Source: Catajapyx aquilonaris
Lineage: Eukaryota
Reading direction: 5' to 3'
Assembly (NCBI GenBank): GCA_000934665.2
Contig: KZ538918.1
Location: forward strand, 1-40,287
DNA length: 40,287 bases
Shown one piece after another: positions 11,673 to 32,300 of this stretch. Below the pieces are notes generated by a model. That model worked only from the letters and a program-made list of their open reading frames with translations. It was not told the origin of the DNA and ran no database searches. A program made the translations under genes and the position numbers. Position 1 is the stretch's first letter, and every line of letters begins with the position of its first letter.

Positions 11673-11775
11673 CAGGGGTGGAATTTTCGCTAGTTACTAT
11701 GTGCAGTACCCGTGTGGGCTATGGTACTGCGAAGTTTGCAGTACCTATAGCAGTTGGACGAAAATTCCACCCCTG
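11673..11775. mobile_element. 103-bp MITE with perfect 17-bp TIRs (hAT-like CAGGGGTGG ends)
   Basis: CAGGGGTGGAATTTTCG (11673-11689) and CGAAAATTCCACCCCTG (11759-11775) are exact reverse complements. Internal GCAGTACC/GGTACTGC motifs are repeated. The 8-bp flanks (TTAAGACC vs TTAATATG) match only partly. Confidence 0.8.
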
Positions 11776-13002
11776 TTAATATGGACCAAATAATTTTCTT
11801 AACTTTCCTGTTTGAAACAATCAGAGGAAAATTAAGAAAAATATTTGGCATACGCGTCACGGATTCGTAGTATTACTTCTGAACGATTTTGGTCCTTTCA
11901 GGAGCACAAAAAAACAAACATGCCTCTGAAGGAATAGGTCCGGAATAGGCCCAAAATGTCCCGAAATTGCATCTAAAAGTTCAAAACTTATCCCAAAAAA
12001 GGCCACATAGGCATGAAAAGTCGCAAAAAGCAAGAATATGCAAAATAGTTCCCAAAACTATAAAACCTACATTTCCATATCCGGATAGACGTATTCAAAA
12101 AACCATCCCAACTGCCAAGGAACTAAATAGGCATTTGCATAAAAATCCGAACTCTACTTATTACTTCAGTTATTAGCGTGTTGAGTACAACAATTTGGTA
12201 ATTTGTGTATTATCATGGAGTAAAAAAGATTGGCAAATCCCGCGAGTAATTCGAGTCGACTTTTTATCATTGCCAAGGAAATCCAAATCGGCAAACGACA
12301 TAGAATGTTGTCAGTCTCATATCCCAGTGCCAAGGAACCCATGAGTACCTGCAAGAGCCTGCCTTGGCAGAATGAGTGAACCAGGAAAACCGGAAGTTGA
12401 CCATGAAACCAATGAAGGGTTCACTCTTGCAGTTTAGCCGTTTAGGCTCTAACTGGGCAGATGGATGGACGGACGGACAAAGCCAGTCTATAACTCTATA
12501 ACACCAAGAGCTATTAGCTCTTGATAACACCTTTAATATCTATGCTCTATAAGTGGCGAATTCAAACAGATGAGGTCTTCTTCACCTTCTGTGTGGGTTC
12601 CTCATGTATAGTATTTGATCATGAAAACCTAGCACTAACCTCTGCAATTCAAGGTGACTTCTTTTTAAATGGCAATAGTGTCATTAGTACCGGTACTGCA
12701 CTGAAAGTTTATATGTATCCCTAAAATAGTGTCATGCTCATGGCCAGATGATATTGGCTTGTGGAAAAATAATCGTGCAGGCTACAAGATGACCTGCCTG
12801 CTCGCTGTAATTTATAACCTAAGTCAGTTGTAAAAATACAGGGAGGCTCTCACTGACTTACCTCTAATGCCAAATTATTGCTGTTGCGGTAGTTGTGCCC
12901 CTTACCTGGTCAGAGTTAAGAGTATGGTGGTAGACCATAGAAATGACCTCACCTGCTAGTGGGTAAGAGGTAGTTGGGGGTAGGGTTACTTTCGCATTAC
13001 TT

Positions 13003-13383
13003 ATTTATTTTATTTATTTTATTTTTACGTTACCCCATGATAAGGTGGAGCCTTTTTAGGGGGGTGGCACAGTTTTCTAGTAACTGTGTACTATTTTTTC
13101 TTCGCTCACCGGTGCATGGAGACAGGGACATGAGCATGTTATATACTCTGTGGACATGAGTAAGGATAGGGATTTTTGAGGAGGGAACATGTGGTGCAAG
13201 TGCAAGGTCTGTAAAGGAGTCATGCGCTGTTCCCCAGGAGGTTAGGTTGCCAGACACCTCCAAGGTGCAGGTCAGAGACCCTCCTGATGCAGGTGGAAGA
13301 AAAGCTCCCCAGGTGGGGATCGAACCTGGGGCCTTTCACTCAGCAAGCCGAGACGTTACCATCTCGGCCATCTACACCTCCCC
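13003..13383 (-). mobile_element. Full-length tRNA-derived SINE (about 380 bp) with a 15-bp target-site duplication
   Basis: On the - strand: A box TGGCCGAGATGG (13370-13359), B box GGTTCGATCCC (13326-13316) and 3' tail AAAAAATAAAATAAATAAAATAAAT. Identical flanking direct repeats ACTTTCGCATTACTT at 12988-13002 and 13384-13398. Confidence 0.9.
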
Positions 13384-14111
13384 ACTTTCGCATTACTTTA
13401 CATCTACTATGATCAATATCACTGTCTAATACTCTAATACTCCGGCCTTGCAACTCCCTTCCATTTTGCATGAGCTTAGATGCTCTCCACCCCACTTTGG
13501 GACTCAGTGGTCCCCAAGGTGGTACTGTACAGGCGGCTGGTGGACAACTGTGTGAACGAATGCGTTCTGGACCCGGTGCAGTGGAAAAGATGGTTTGGTT
13601 GGCTCAGAAGTCATCCACCTGAATCCCCCTTGGTGACTGTGAGCGACTGCAGTACCAAATCCAGGGTGGTGGAGAGCAACTAGGCCCACAGCCATCTACG
13701 TAAGGGTGGGATGTGAGTTGCAGGGGGCTGATCAAATACTGTGGATAGCAGGGCTAAAAGCACGTGGAAAGGGCCTGCAGGTTTCATGAGTTATCCCGAG
13801 GAATATGTAATAGGTGTTACCAGTACCTATCAAAAAAGGTGAGGACAACACACCCTTTTTGTGGAATTGGTCAGATGCTGGTTGCTGTACACTACAGTAT
13901 CAGTGTGCATTTTCCCAGAACTTTTTCGACAGGTAGTGCATCAGGGGATAACACAGGAGATATCTTCAAAACTCAATATATTTACTGTGATGCTATTGAC
14001 AAATTCATCACCATAGCTTCTTTTTTCCGATGCAATTATTACGCTCCACCAAATAACGGGAATTGCACAACAAAATAACACCACTTAGCAGCAGTAACCA
14101 TCCAGCCATAC

Positions 14112-14846
14112 CTACCGCTCCTCATTGTCTGACACGATTTTCTCTAAAAATCCCTTGAGTTGCATCACAGCCCTACTTCGATGTGAGATGAGATTCTTCT
14201 CCTCTGCCACCATCTCGCCATAGGTCCTTGTGTAGCCTGTGGGCTGGAAGCAAGCGTCAAACCCAAACCCATAAGGGCCCCTTGGTGCAACAATAGTCCC
14301 TTCAGTTTTTCCCTGGAAGAGGAGGACATCTCCCTTTGAATCTCCTTGCGAGTAGGCAAAGGTGCAAGTTACGTAGGCAGACTTGTCCTCCCAGCCATTC
14401 AGAAGCCGGTGAAGTCCCTCTGCACCAAGCTTGTCCAGAAACCACTTGATGTATGGGCCTATATGTAAAGACATGGTGTCATACATAATGAAATGCATTA
14501 CGCTGATGTAAGTGTGGTGGTCCTGCATGGTGTGGACCTACCTGGGAGTCCTCCGAGTGCATTGAAGGCAAGACAGGTGTCCTCCACCAGGACAGGCCCC
14601 TTGACCACGGCCGCAGCAGCCCTGCACTTGTTCCGGCAGATGTCGTCTGGTTCACCCTGGTACTCCGGCAGGTCCACCGGCTGGTTCACTATCTACAAGC
14701 ACCCCCCCAGCACGCATTAATTAATCATGCAACGGCAACACGCTCTCATGACCACTGACCTTTCCCCTGAAGCGATTGCCCAGGATGGCCAGCACCTCCT
14801 CCAGCTTCTTGGCATTGCCCGTCACAAACACTATGGGCTTGCTCAT
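14112..14846 (-). CDS. ITPA: Inosine triphosphate pyrophosphatase (HAM1/ITPase family), 194 aa, 3 exons
   Basis: Exons 14846-14760, 14692-14542 and 14458-14112 (GT-AG, phases 0 and 1; 585 nt). Family motifs: [55 protein letters not shown] and ISHR. Confidence 0.96.
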
Positions 14847-15396
14847 CCTTCTCTCCCACCGCTGGACCACCCAACACCCCTGAGATGCTGCACAGGGAGG
14901 CAGACAAAGGAAAATAATGAAGAGACACAAACGGCGTGGACTGAAAGACCACGCGCGATACACCGCCACAGATGATGCAATGGATCAGCTGGGTCTGTTG
15001 GCACCACTGCTACTCCCGGCCTGTCCTGTGACTCCATCTGGTGTCAAAAGTTGGAAAGTTATTCTGACGGCGCGGGATTCGATTTGGGGGGTACAAAATG
15101 AGTTCAGAATCAATCGCATTCTGTGCAGAAATTTATTCAATCTGAAACGGGCAGTAATTAGCTCAATACCGCAATATTCCCATTTTTTTGTACCCCAGCC
15201 ATGATGATGACTGTGGGTTGACATCTAGTAACAACAATACTGTGTACTCAGCCGTTAATTAATATGAAATAATATCACGAGAAAGTGCAGATCCCACCAA
15301 CATGGTCCTGACTGAGCCTACAATACCACATGCCTACAACAAGACAATAACACTACACCATGCCAGGCATGGTTACCTGTGAAATGCCATCCCATG

Positions 15397-23620
<8,224 letters not shown>

Positions 23621-26600
23621 TGTTTAGATGGTCCTAAAATTAGAATGCAGATTGACACTTGAGAATAAGGGTGTTTTCATGTCCACCCAATATACCTAGG
23701 GCGTGTCGCTGCTTTTTTAGTGTCGCAATTGGCTCCCCCTTGACAAACACTGCAATCCTGCAGAGGATCCTAGCTTTGAAAAATCCCAAACCCCCCCCCC
23801 NCCCCCCCCCCAACCTACACCTAGGGTATCTCCCCACGCCCTGTTGGTCGGCCGTCATTTGTCGCTGTGCCGCCACCTACTCTGTTAATGAATCATGCAC
23901 GCAACTCACACGTTTTCATTAGCCCCTTCTAGGGAGAGACTATACGCCCTTTCAAAAAACCTGGTGGGGGGGATTCCAAGATGCAAATAATTCAACGTGT
24001 GTTCACATGTGCTTCCCCAAGGGAAACGTGTTGAAGCGACTGGAAAAATGGCTGAATCCCAGCTACTCAATTAGCAAGCACATGTGATACCCCCCTCCTG
24101 GGCCATTTCCAGGGGTCGACAAAGTGTACAACATGCATAATTCTGGGAAGGGACTGACTATATTTGCTGCACATTTATGGGGCGGATAATTAGTTGAGGG
24201 GGTATAAGATTAATTTTCGAGCGGAGACACTCATTAGTACTGGAAACCTACTCTACACTTCGTATCACGTAGTTGAAAAAACAATGGGGGAAGTGGGTCA
24301 GAGCTTGTTTTATGGAATAAACCCAGTTTATGGGGTTTATTCCGGTAGCTTGTGGATAAAAATTACGTTAAGTTTTGTTTAGTAGTTTCTATCATAATTG
24401 GCTATTAACGGCATCAAAATATTATTTTTCATAAAGTAGACTTTGTCTGTATAGTTCTTTGTATACATGAGCTGTACTTACCCAGTACTCTGTTGTATGA
24501 TGATGTTGAGCTGCTTTTATGTGCTGGAAATAGTGTTGACACACTCATTTAATCTTGCACTAAGCTGGAGCGGTATATGAAGCAGTAAAAATACAAGGAA
24601 ATTTTGAACTTATTTATGCGTAATTTTATAGCAATTTTATTTATTATTATATTATTAAACATTGCAAGTTTAGCTTTCCATCACTGCAGGCTATTCAGTA
24701 GCTTTGTGGAAAAGCGCAAATATGCTTTGTACAAATTGACATACTAGACCTCCGCACATATTTTCGGTGCTTCTGTTGCGTATGCATGAATTTTTTTTCA
24801 TCCCAACTCCGCAAAAGTTGTGATGCGACATACACATGCTGAAGGAGAGACCTAATTTGAGTGCAGGGAAGGCTCAGGTTGAAAGCAGTGCTTTCTCCTG
24901 TTCGTCGCTCTAATGGTGTCTGTCGTCTGATGTTGCTTACATTAGGCTAAAATTTAGTAATTTAATACCTGAAGTAGATATGCAGTTTCAGTGTATAAAA
25001 CCCCCCAGAAGGCCAGAGGACGTGAGGTGAATTTGTTTCGAAGGGACACCTGCTAAGTTCTCCAACATTTCAGCCTAGGTCACGTTGCACATTTCTTATG
25101 GACCACAGTTGTTGTTTGCACGTAGAAGCATAGGCTATTATGGGGTTTTAGAACATTTATTTTAACTGCAAAAATGGAAGTATTTTTAGCTTCAAGCTAC
25201 ATTGTATGGTGAATATAAAGTTATTATCTCCCTCCTTGAGAAAAGTTGGAAATCTTACTTAAGAATGCAATGAATGTACAAGTGGAACTGTATACGATCA
25301 ATTTCAACGGCCAGGGGCCCTATTGTGGCAAACAAGCTTTAAAGGAGGAGGATTTTATCGACTCATTGCAGCTAAGAGTCAGGTAATAGCCTATAACAAT
25401 GCTAAAAGGGTACTCGGTGAAATATTGAGACCTCGCCACATTGTATGTATCGCAATACCTGTAATACTTACCTTTGTAACATTAAAACCATCTTGATATT
25501 ATGAGGCACGATGACCTGGAAATGTAACAGATGTATCTTTTTCTTTCTGCAATTTCATACATAATCGCCTCCATGTCATTTACGCATTTCCACATTAAAT
25601 ACATTCTTTTAATAAAACTAAAAGCTACTTCGTATACAAACTGACACTACTTTCCTAATACTTATTGGGACATAAATGCAATAACATCAGTCACAGAAAG
25701 AATCGTAATCAGAGAGTTTTTCGTCACAATGATAAATTAATATGAACACAATCAGTAAGAATTACAGCCGAGTTGAAGTAGCAAGAGAGTAACTTAACTT
25801 AAAAGCACATTACCAGCAGTGGAAAGGAATGGCCCGCAAACCATACCATAAGTACCTGCTCATGCAACGTGACACAGAATGATTAAACCTAAAATAGTGT
25901 ACACTTTGGGGTGTCCCTTTGGCCGCATTATGCCCAAAGTGTCGCTTTGGTGCTTTTCTTACTGGTTTAGGATGCTCCTGGGATGCAATTGGGTCGGAGG
26001 AAACTGCCTTTCAAGTCCTGCTCTGTGATTTCCGGGGAACAAGAGCTGCAGGCAAAGCTCGAAACAGCTGTCCCAGCAATGCCCCATTCTCAAAGGCATT
26101 CTCTACTATGTACACGAAACGTCTGCTGCCACAAAAGGGGACGAACTAAAGCGGGCCATTTTGCTACAAAATATGGCTACCTTTATAGTATATCCTACTA
26201 TAGCACCACACTCATCTCTAGAGTGGTAATTGGTTTTAGCCGAATGCCTCATGACAAAAGTTAACCCCAAACTTCAGTCCCCCATCAGAAATGTCCATAA
26301 GCGTATATATTCACATAGAATATAGATAAATGCCTCAATATCTACCACTAGGTTTCCTTCAGGTCAGAAAGCGACGGATGCAAAAGTTAGAAGCTGAAAC
26401 TCCGACATCATTTGTTAGCCCAAATTTGACACTATTCCAGCTCGACCCACCAGTTAGTGGGGGGTTTCCAATCTGAAGTTGGAAGGACCCCCCCGTGGGG
26501 TACTCTCCACTTCCCACCGCACAGAAATTGCTACAAAATCAGAAAATGTTTCCAGAATATGGAGGTCGTCAAAGTTTCAAAGGCCACCCGGAAATTGATC

Positions 26601-29363
26601 CGGAATCCTCTCTACCAATGGGGTCCGCTTCGGATCAAAGTGCCTGGAAATTATCTACGAAAAACGTCCAATATGATTTTCGTCCCAACTGTGCGACTTC
26701 CCTTAATGGATATGACTTGCCAAGTAATATAAAAAGAAAATGGCAGTAACCATAAAATATGTCCGAATGAAATACGATCCGAGTCGTACGAGTTATAGCC
26801 TTAAATCTAATAGTTAAAAAAACGTCTAAAATACGGCGGTTCGGCGTCTGAGGGGCATCTTCTTCCTGAACTTACGCATAAAAGAACCTTCCCTTTTTTT
26901 CAACGAAACCAATCCATTTTCGTGGTCCGGCAGAACTTCTTCGACAAAACCACTCTCCGGTCGGGAATCCGGATCAAGTGCACTCAAATGCAACCATCGC
27001 ATTACTTTGGCTGACGATGAGAGCTGAAAAGAAACATGACGAAACATGCGATCAAACTGATCTCATTTGGACAACATACACATGCAATTCATCGGATATG
27101 TACTGGCATGCATAATACAATGAGAGCACATCACTAATCAACCCAACTTACCATTCAGCATACCGGTGGTATTAGTAAATTATTGTTGTTGGTTAATTGG
27201 GTGCAAAACTGCAGCATTCACACTCTAATAGATGCGTTATCATCACAGCCGTGCATACATGGTACGGGATATGTGGGAATGAACAATGTGACAGGCAGGA
27301 GTGTACTGGGGAAAGCTGAAGTGTTTACGACAGGACACAAGACATCAACCTGTTCAGTTGGACGCCAGCCAGAGTTATTTGGCAGATTTTTATAAATATT
27401 ATGACGCGTTTAATTAATAAATATGTTGGCAAGCTGCTGGAGTCCAACATGACAGGTTTGCAGGAAGCTACTATGCAGGTTCTGACATAATTATCTACCT
27501 GAGTTACACTGACAATTTTATAGCGTTTCACAGCATTGTGCTGGTTTTCTTTATTAAAAAGTGCTACAACTTGCACCAGAGTAACAGTCAGGTAGTGAAC
27601 AACACACTCTACTGGACAGGCACAGGCACAAGTCACATCTATGAAAAGTGTACCTACTGACAACCACTTCGTCCACACGACCTCGGAAACTCCTCTTCCC
27701 CTGAACAAAGTCTGCTGAACAAATCAATGAAGAGAGAAAAAAATAAACCCACTCACAACATACCAGATCTCATTTGTGCTCCTTTACTAATCCTATTTTT
27801 TGTAGTTTTGAACAATTTGTCTTCCTTGAGTATACACACGAAAGATCGTTTTTATAAAAAAATACAACGTGATCTTTCTCTATCCTCAAGCAATAATTCT
27901 TCACAGCACAGACGGTAATATGTAGAGGATCTACTCATGTTTTACAGGGATTTTTTAATCATTTTTTTTCCTGCTAAGAACGGCTACATTTGCAGCACAT
28001 TTACGCTAGAACGAAAGGGCAGTTGGTTGGGGTTAACAAATCGGAGGCCATTTCTACCTCCTGATTATTTTTTTCTAGTTTTTTTTCTCTCTCTCCACTT
28101 TTCTTTCACACCCCACACATAAGGAACTATAGTGGACTTTGAGCCTGAAGGTTTTGACTATGGTGAAAGTAGGGGGTGGTGGAGCTACATCTATAATGGC
28201 GATATGTTGAGGCCTAAGAGCAGCAATAGCGGCCAACGGAAACCAGGAGTTCAATTTTTTATTCTCAACTAGTCATTCTTCACATGTGGTCACGGTATGG
28301 CAACTCTTGTTCAATTTTTGTACAATTGCGCCCACAATTTTTTGTTGTTGTAAATGACAAATGAAGAGAGTTTGGCTGTAAAACTAGTGACAATGCCCGC
28401 TACTCAACAATAAAAGGGTCACAACCGGGGACGGCTACAAGTAGCAGTGGACCAAACAAGTCATTAAATGAATACAAATACATCCACGTTACTACAGCAG
28501 GTCTATTGCTTTCCATTTTTTTGTGCCAATGATTTTCTTCTGCCCACGACACGAGGCACTTGCACCATACAATTAGTGGCAATAATATATATTTTTTTCC
28601 TTCGATCGTACTTTTCTTTTTGTAGATGCACCATACTGTACAAAAGTCCATCAACAATTATTCTACAAGGAAAAAAATAATAATTCAGACCTTGCGATGA
28701 AAATCGAGGCGAAAGCATTACATTAATTTTTTGTGTGTGATCTAGTCAACATTCCATGAGTAGCCTACTTGTGTGAAGGAAAAGTACCACTGGTACACTC
28801 TTTTCGCACAGTTTCTTTCTTTCATGACAATAATGGAATGAAGACAAGCAGAAGGTTTAACCGAGTGTCGTCTAAGGCACGAGAATATACAGAAATGAAA
28901 ATTTTGTTAAAATACAGAACTAAACAGCTGGGATGTTTCTGTGTAAATCCTTTGTTGAGCGGACCTTCTGACCCCGGATTTTCCCCCCCATTTATTTTAA
29001 ATTTCCCCCACACACTGCCACTGCTCAGAGCGACATGCTCATTTACTGAGGTAGAAACACAAGTTCCTCACTAGATCTTGAGTGTTTCGAATGTAGCACT
29101 ATGACCATACTGGTTCCGCAAACACAACCAGCGCCCGGACCAGTAAATACGGTCCCAGTGATTGGATATGGTGACGGACAAATCGAGGCGGCAAACAAAG
29201 AACAGAGTCGCCTACGTAAGATTGTGTTTGTTTGGTGTCTATGAGATTGAGAGAGCAACTGGAGAGATGTGGATCGGACCGTCCCATGGGATGGCGTCTG
29301 ATCAGTCAGTCAGTCGTAGCACCCCCCCGCGCACTGATTCTCACTCTGGTCCTCCCCCTGAGG

Positions 29364-32300
29364 TCACTTGGTGGTGTGCCTGGCCCAAGCTGTCCTCTGC
29401 ATCTGCGACATCAACTCGCTCCTGTTGGGCACCTTCTCGCTTATGGACCGCGTGATGCAAGACGGACCGTTGGCGCTCCTCTTCTCCGCACCTCCACTGC
29501 TGCTGCTGCCCCCACCACCACCACTGTCCTCACCCGCCGGTTTTTGCGGTTGTTGTTGCTGCTGGTGTTGTTGTTGTTGTTGCTGCTGCTGCTGATGTTG
29601 TTGCTGCAGATGATGATGTTGTTGCTGCGGAGAGTCCCTTCCTCGAGCAGCGTTGTCGGAGCTGTCGTCGAGGGCCAGCAGGATCATCTCCTCTGTGCTC
29701 ATCCTGGTGTCTTCCGCGCTGGCTGTGGCACCCGCACCACGCTTCAGCTGCGACCCAGGCGGCGGCTGCAGCCTCGGCGCCAGCACCGGACTGGAGGTGC
29801 TGACCTCGGTGGAGGACACCAGCAGCCTGAGCCTTCCGTCGGTCATGTCGTTGGGATGGTGCGACAGAGGCTTGATGAACGGCGACATGTCCTCCTCCTC
29901 TCCGTGGGTCCTGTCCATCGAGCTCTGGCTGCTGGCGCTCCTTGGGCCGAACTGCTGGGAGGAGGACCTGAAGGTGGGCTGATGTCCGCTGGGGGTCGGG
30001 AACAGCGAGGTCTGGTGCGCGTACGAGGCGAAGGAGGACCGGTACGGAAGAGGGGACGGCTGCGGGGAGTAGCTGAAGGACCGGCTGTGGATCGGGGTGG
30101 ACGCCAATCTCGGAGAGGCCATCGGAGAGTGGTGGAGGAGCATGTGGTGCGGGGACATCAAGGGCGTGCAAGGGGCCGCCGAGGCGCACCGGTTCTCGAA
30201 GAGGGCCTGCTCGTGGAGGGCACAGGCTTGCTGTCGGATGGCGTCCGCTTCCTGGAAGGCCGGCAGCATCACGGGTGCCACCTGGGGGGTTTGCGGGTCG
30301 CACAGGATGGCCATCTACAGAATGGGGGAAGACAGGATTGCCCGTGTCGCCCCGTCATCTATCTCTCGTTTCTAAAGCGTACACAGCCCTCGGCAGTTCT
30401 ACACCAATGGACGCGAGTAATTTTGGTCCGACGCCCTTGTCCACTCAGGCCGAATCACTGTCAACTCCAAACGTCAGTGTAAAACTGCCTCTGGCCTCTT
30501 AAGCATACAGAATTTCGTGGCCACATAAGCGGATGGAAATGACTAACCATCACCAATTTGAGCAAGCTGCAACTGGTGGCCTCCTTTGCAGTCGAACAAT
30601 AATTTCACATTCTGCACATGCACCAGACAGATTCCAAAATTTGTGGAGATTTCTGCTGCCTTTCGTGCATGAAATTGTCAATCATTTCTATGTAATATAC
30701 CACACTAACATGTTCGTTCTAAATTCGGAAGACTAATAATGGCGCACGTGACCACAAACGTATTACACGTACATGTGGCAAGACATGGTGCATGCAACAA
30801 ATCGGAAATCGACAGTGCAAGTCGAGAGTGACGCTATCATTATCCTGTACCTAAACTTTTTATTCGTTGGCAAACGTACAATTTGTTGCATGCAACATGT
30901 CTTATCGCATATTTCATGTGTATACACGCCTTACGACTAGACCCAGAAAAGGTCCTAAATGTACGACGGGCATCTGATATCAGTTGCGATTAAGGACTGC
31001 ATAAACATGTTAAATACATTTATGTGTAAGTTCAACGCCAAATAAACGTTGATGGTATGCCCCTCGCACAGTGCGTTTGAGCATTTTACAATGTGCTTAT
31101 ATATTAAAATCACAACACTAATGCTACAACAAAATAAATATCATCCACCGTCCAGTCGTGGAATGTACTGCATAAATAACCCAAATATGACACCATTCAG
31201 CAGGGCATGACAATGCATGCAAAAAAATACTAAACAGCGCACAAAAATTCTACATGGCGCATGCAGTAATTCATCCCTGTTCCAAATAAATCACTTTCAA
31301 CATCAAAACAAGCCTTGCATTTCTTTTTAATGCTCCAAATTGTCCTCTGATTTCATTGCTCATGGGAAGGGGGCAAGTGGGGCCTGTGGCTATAGGGGTG
31401 GGGACCGGGCCTCGTTTTTATTTTCCTTTTGAAACCCGCTAATTCATGAAACCACAATAGTTCATTTCAGTTTCACAGTGAACCCCTTTGGGGGGGCCCA
31501 TGCTACACAAAATTCGTTGAACAAAAATATACACCAGCGGACTATTTCCATGTGTCACATTAATCCCTTCGTTAAACTCAGGAGTCACACATTCAGGTGG
31601 TACAGCAAGCGCAAATCAAAAATATGCAAATCAGAGCAGCAAACATCGGATCGGATAATTAACTAGGGGCAGGAGTCTGTATGGGTGATTGGGTCGCAAA
31701 ACTCTTTTCTCTTTTTATCCTAACGCCAGTGTGAACTCCACTGTCGCTGTTAATTCGACACGAAGCACTCCCACACTACACTCTTCACCCAACCAATGCT
31801 CGTTATAACCTAAACTCTCAGTGTTGTCGTTACAACGCAAGAGGATTTTGTTTGGCTAGCTTGTGGAGCATGAAGAAGGATATTAGTGATCAAACAATGT
31901 CCTCCAGCCAACACAAACAAAGAGGTGGTAAACACACACATCCACACACATTCCCTACGCACATCCAAAGCCTTGTAGTAAAAGCGGGTAGTAAAAGAGT
32001 ATAAGGCACGTGAAGCGGAACAAATGTGCGGGGTAGGGAGCCGGTCCGTTTCTTGAAGATATGAAGCTGGAAACGGACCACCATTTTGTATGGCAGTGAG
32101 TGAGAGAGCTCGCAAGAAAAGACGTGTTCGGGGGGGATGTTTCCAATCGGAGTTTCCTTGCGAGCCCTTGTGCGTCAGCTAGAGAAGCTCCCAACCACAT
32201 GATAGTATGTACAAAGGTTCCTGCATTCGTGTGATTCATCACCCTGTGCAGCACACACACCGGGGGTCAAAACAGGCAGGCAGCAAGACTGGTTGGTTGA

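Noticed and set aside
13303..13383. Functional tRNA gene
   Set aside because: It has A and B boxes but no convincing cloverleaf, and it continues into a body, A-rich tail and TSD, so it is a SINE.
14847..14969. Signal-peptide-like N-terminal extension of ITPA
   Set aside because: The ORF starts at GTG and the hydrophobic stretch is the pyrimidine tract of a probable 5'-UTR intron. The family-typical start is [11 protein letters not shown].
26340..27050. Possible non-autonomous DNA element remnant
   Set aside because: It looks repeat-like by composition, but I could not find TIRs, a TSD or a second copy.
29232..30482. 416-aa + strand ORF
   Set aside because: It is the antisense shadow of the GC-rich, repeat-containing last CAPON-like exon. 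Its poly-Leu stretch mirrors the poly-Q codons and no domain is recognisable.
31810..32180. Open - strand frame as an alternative terminal CAPON exon
   Set aside because: An in-phase AG exists, but the acceptor is weak and the peptide has no recognisable features.
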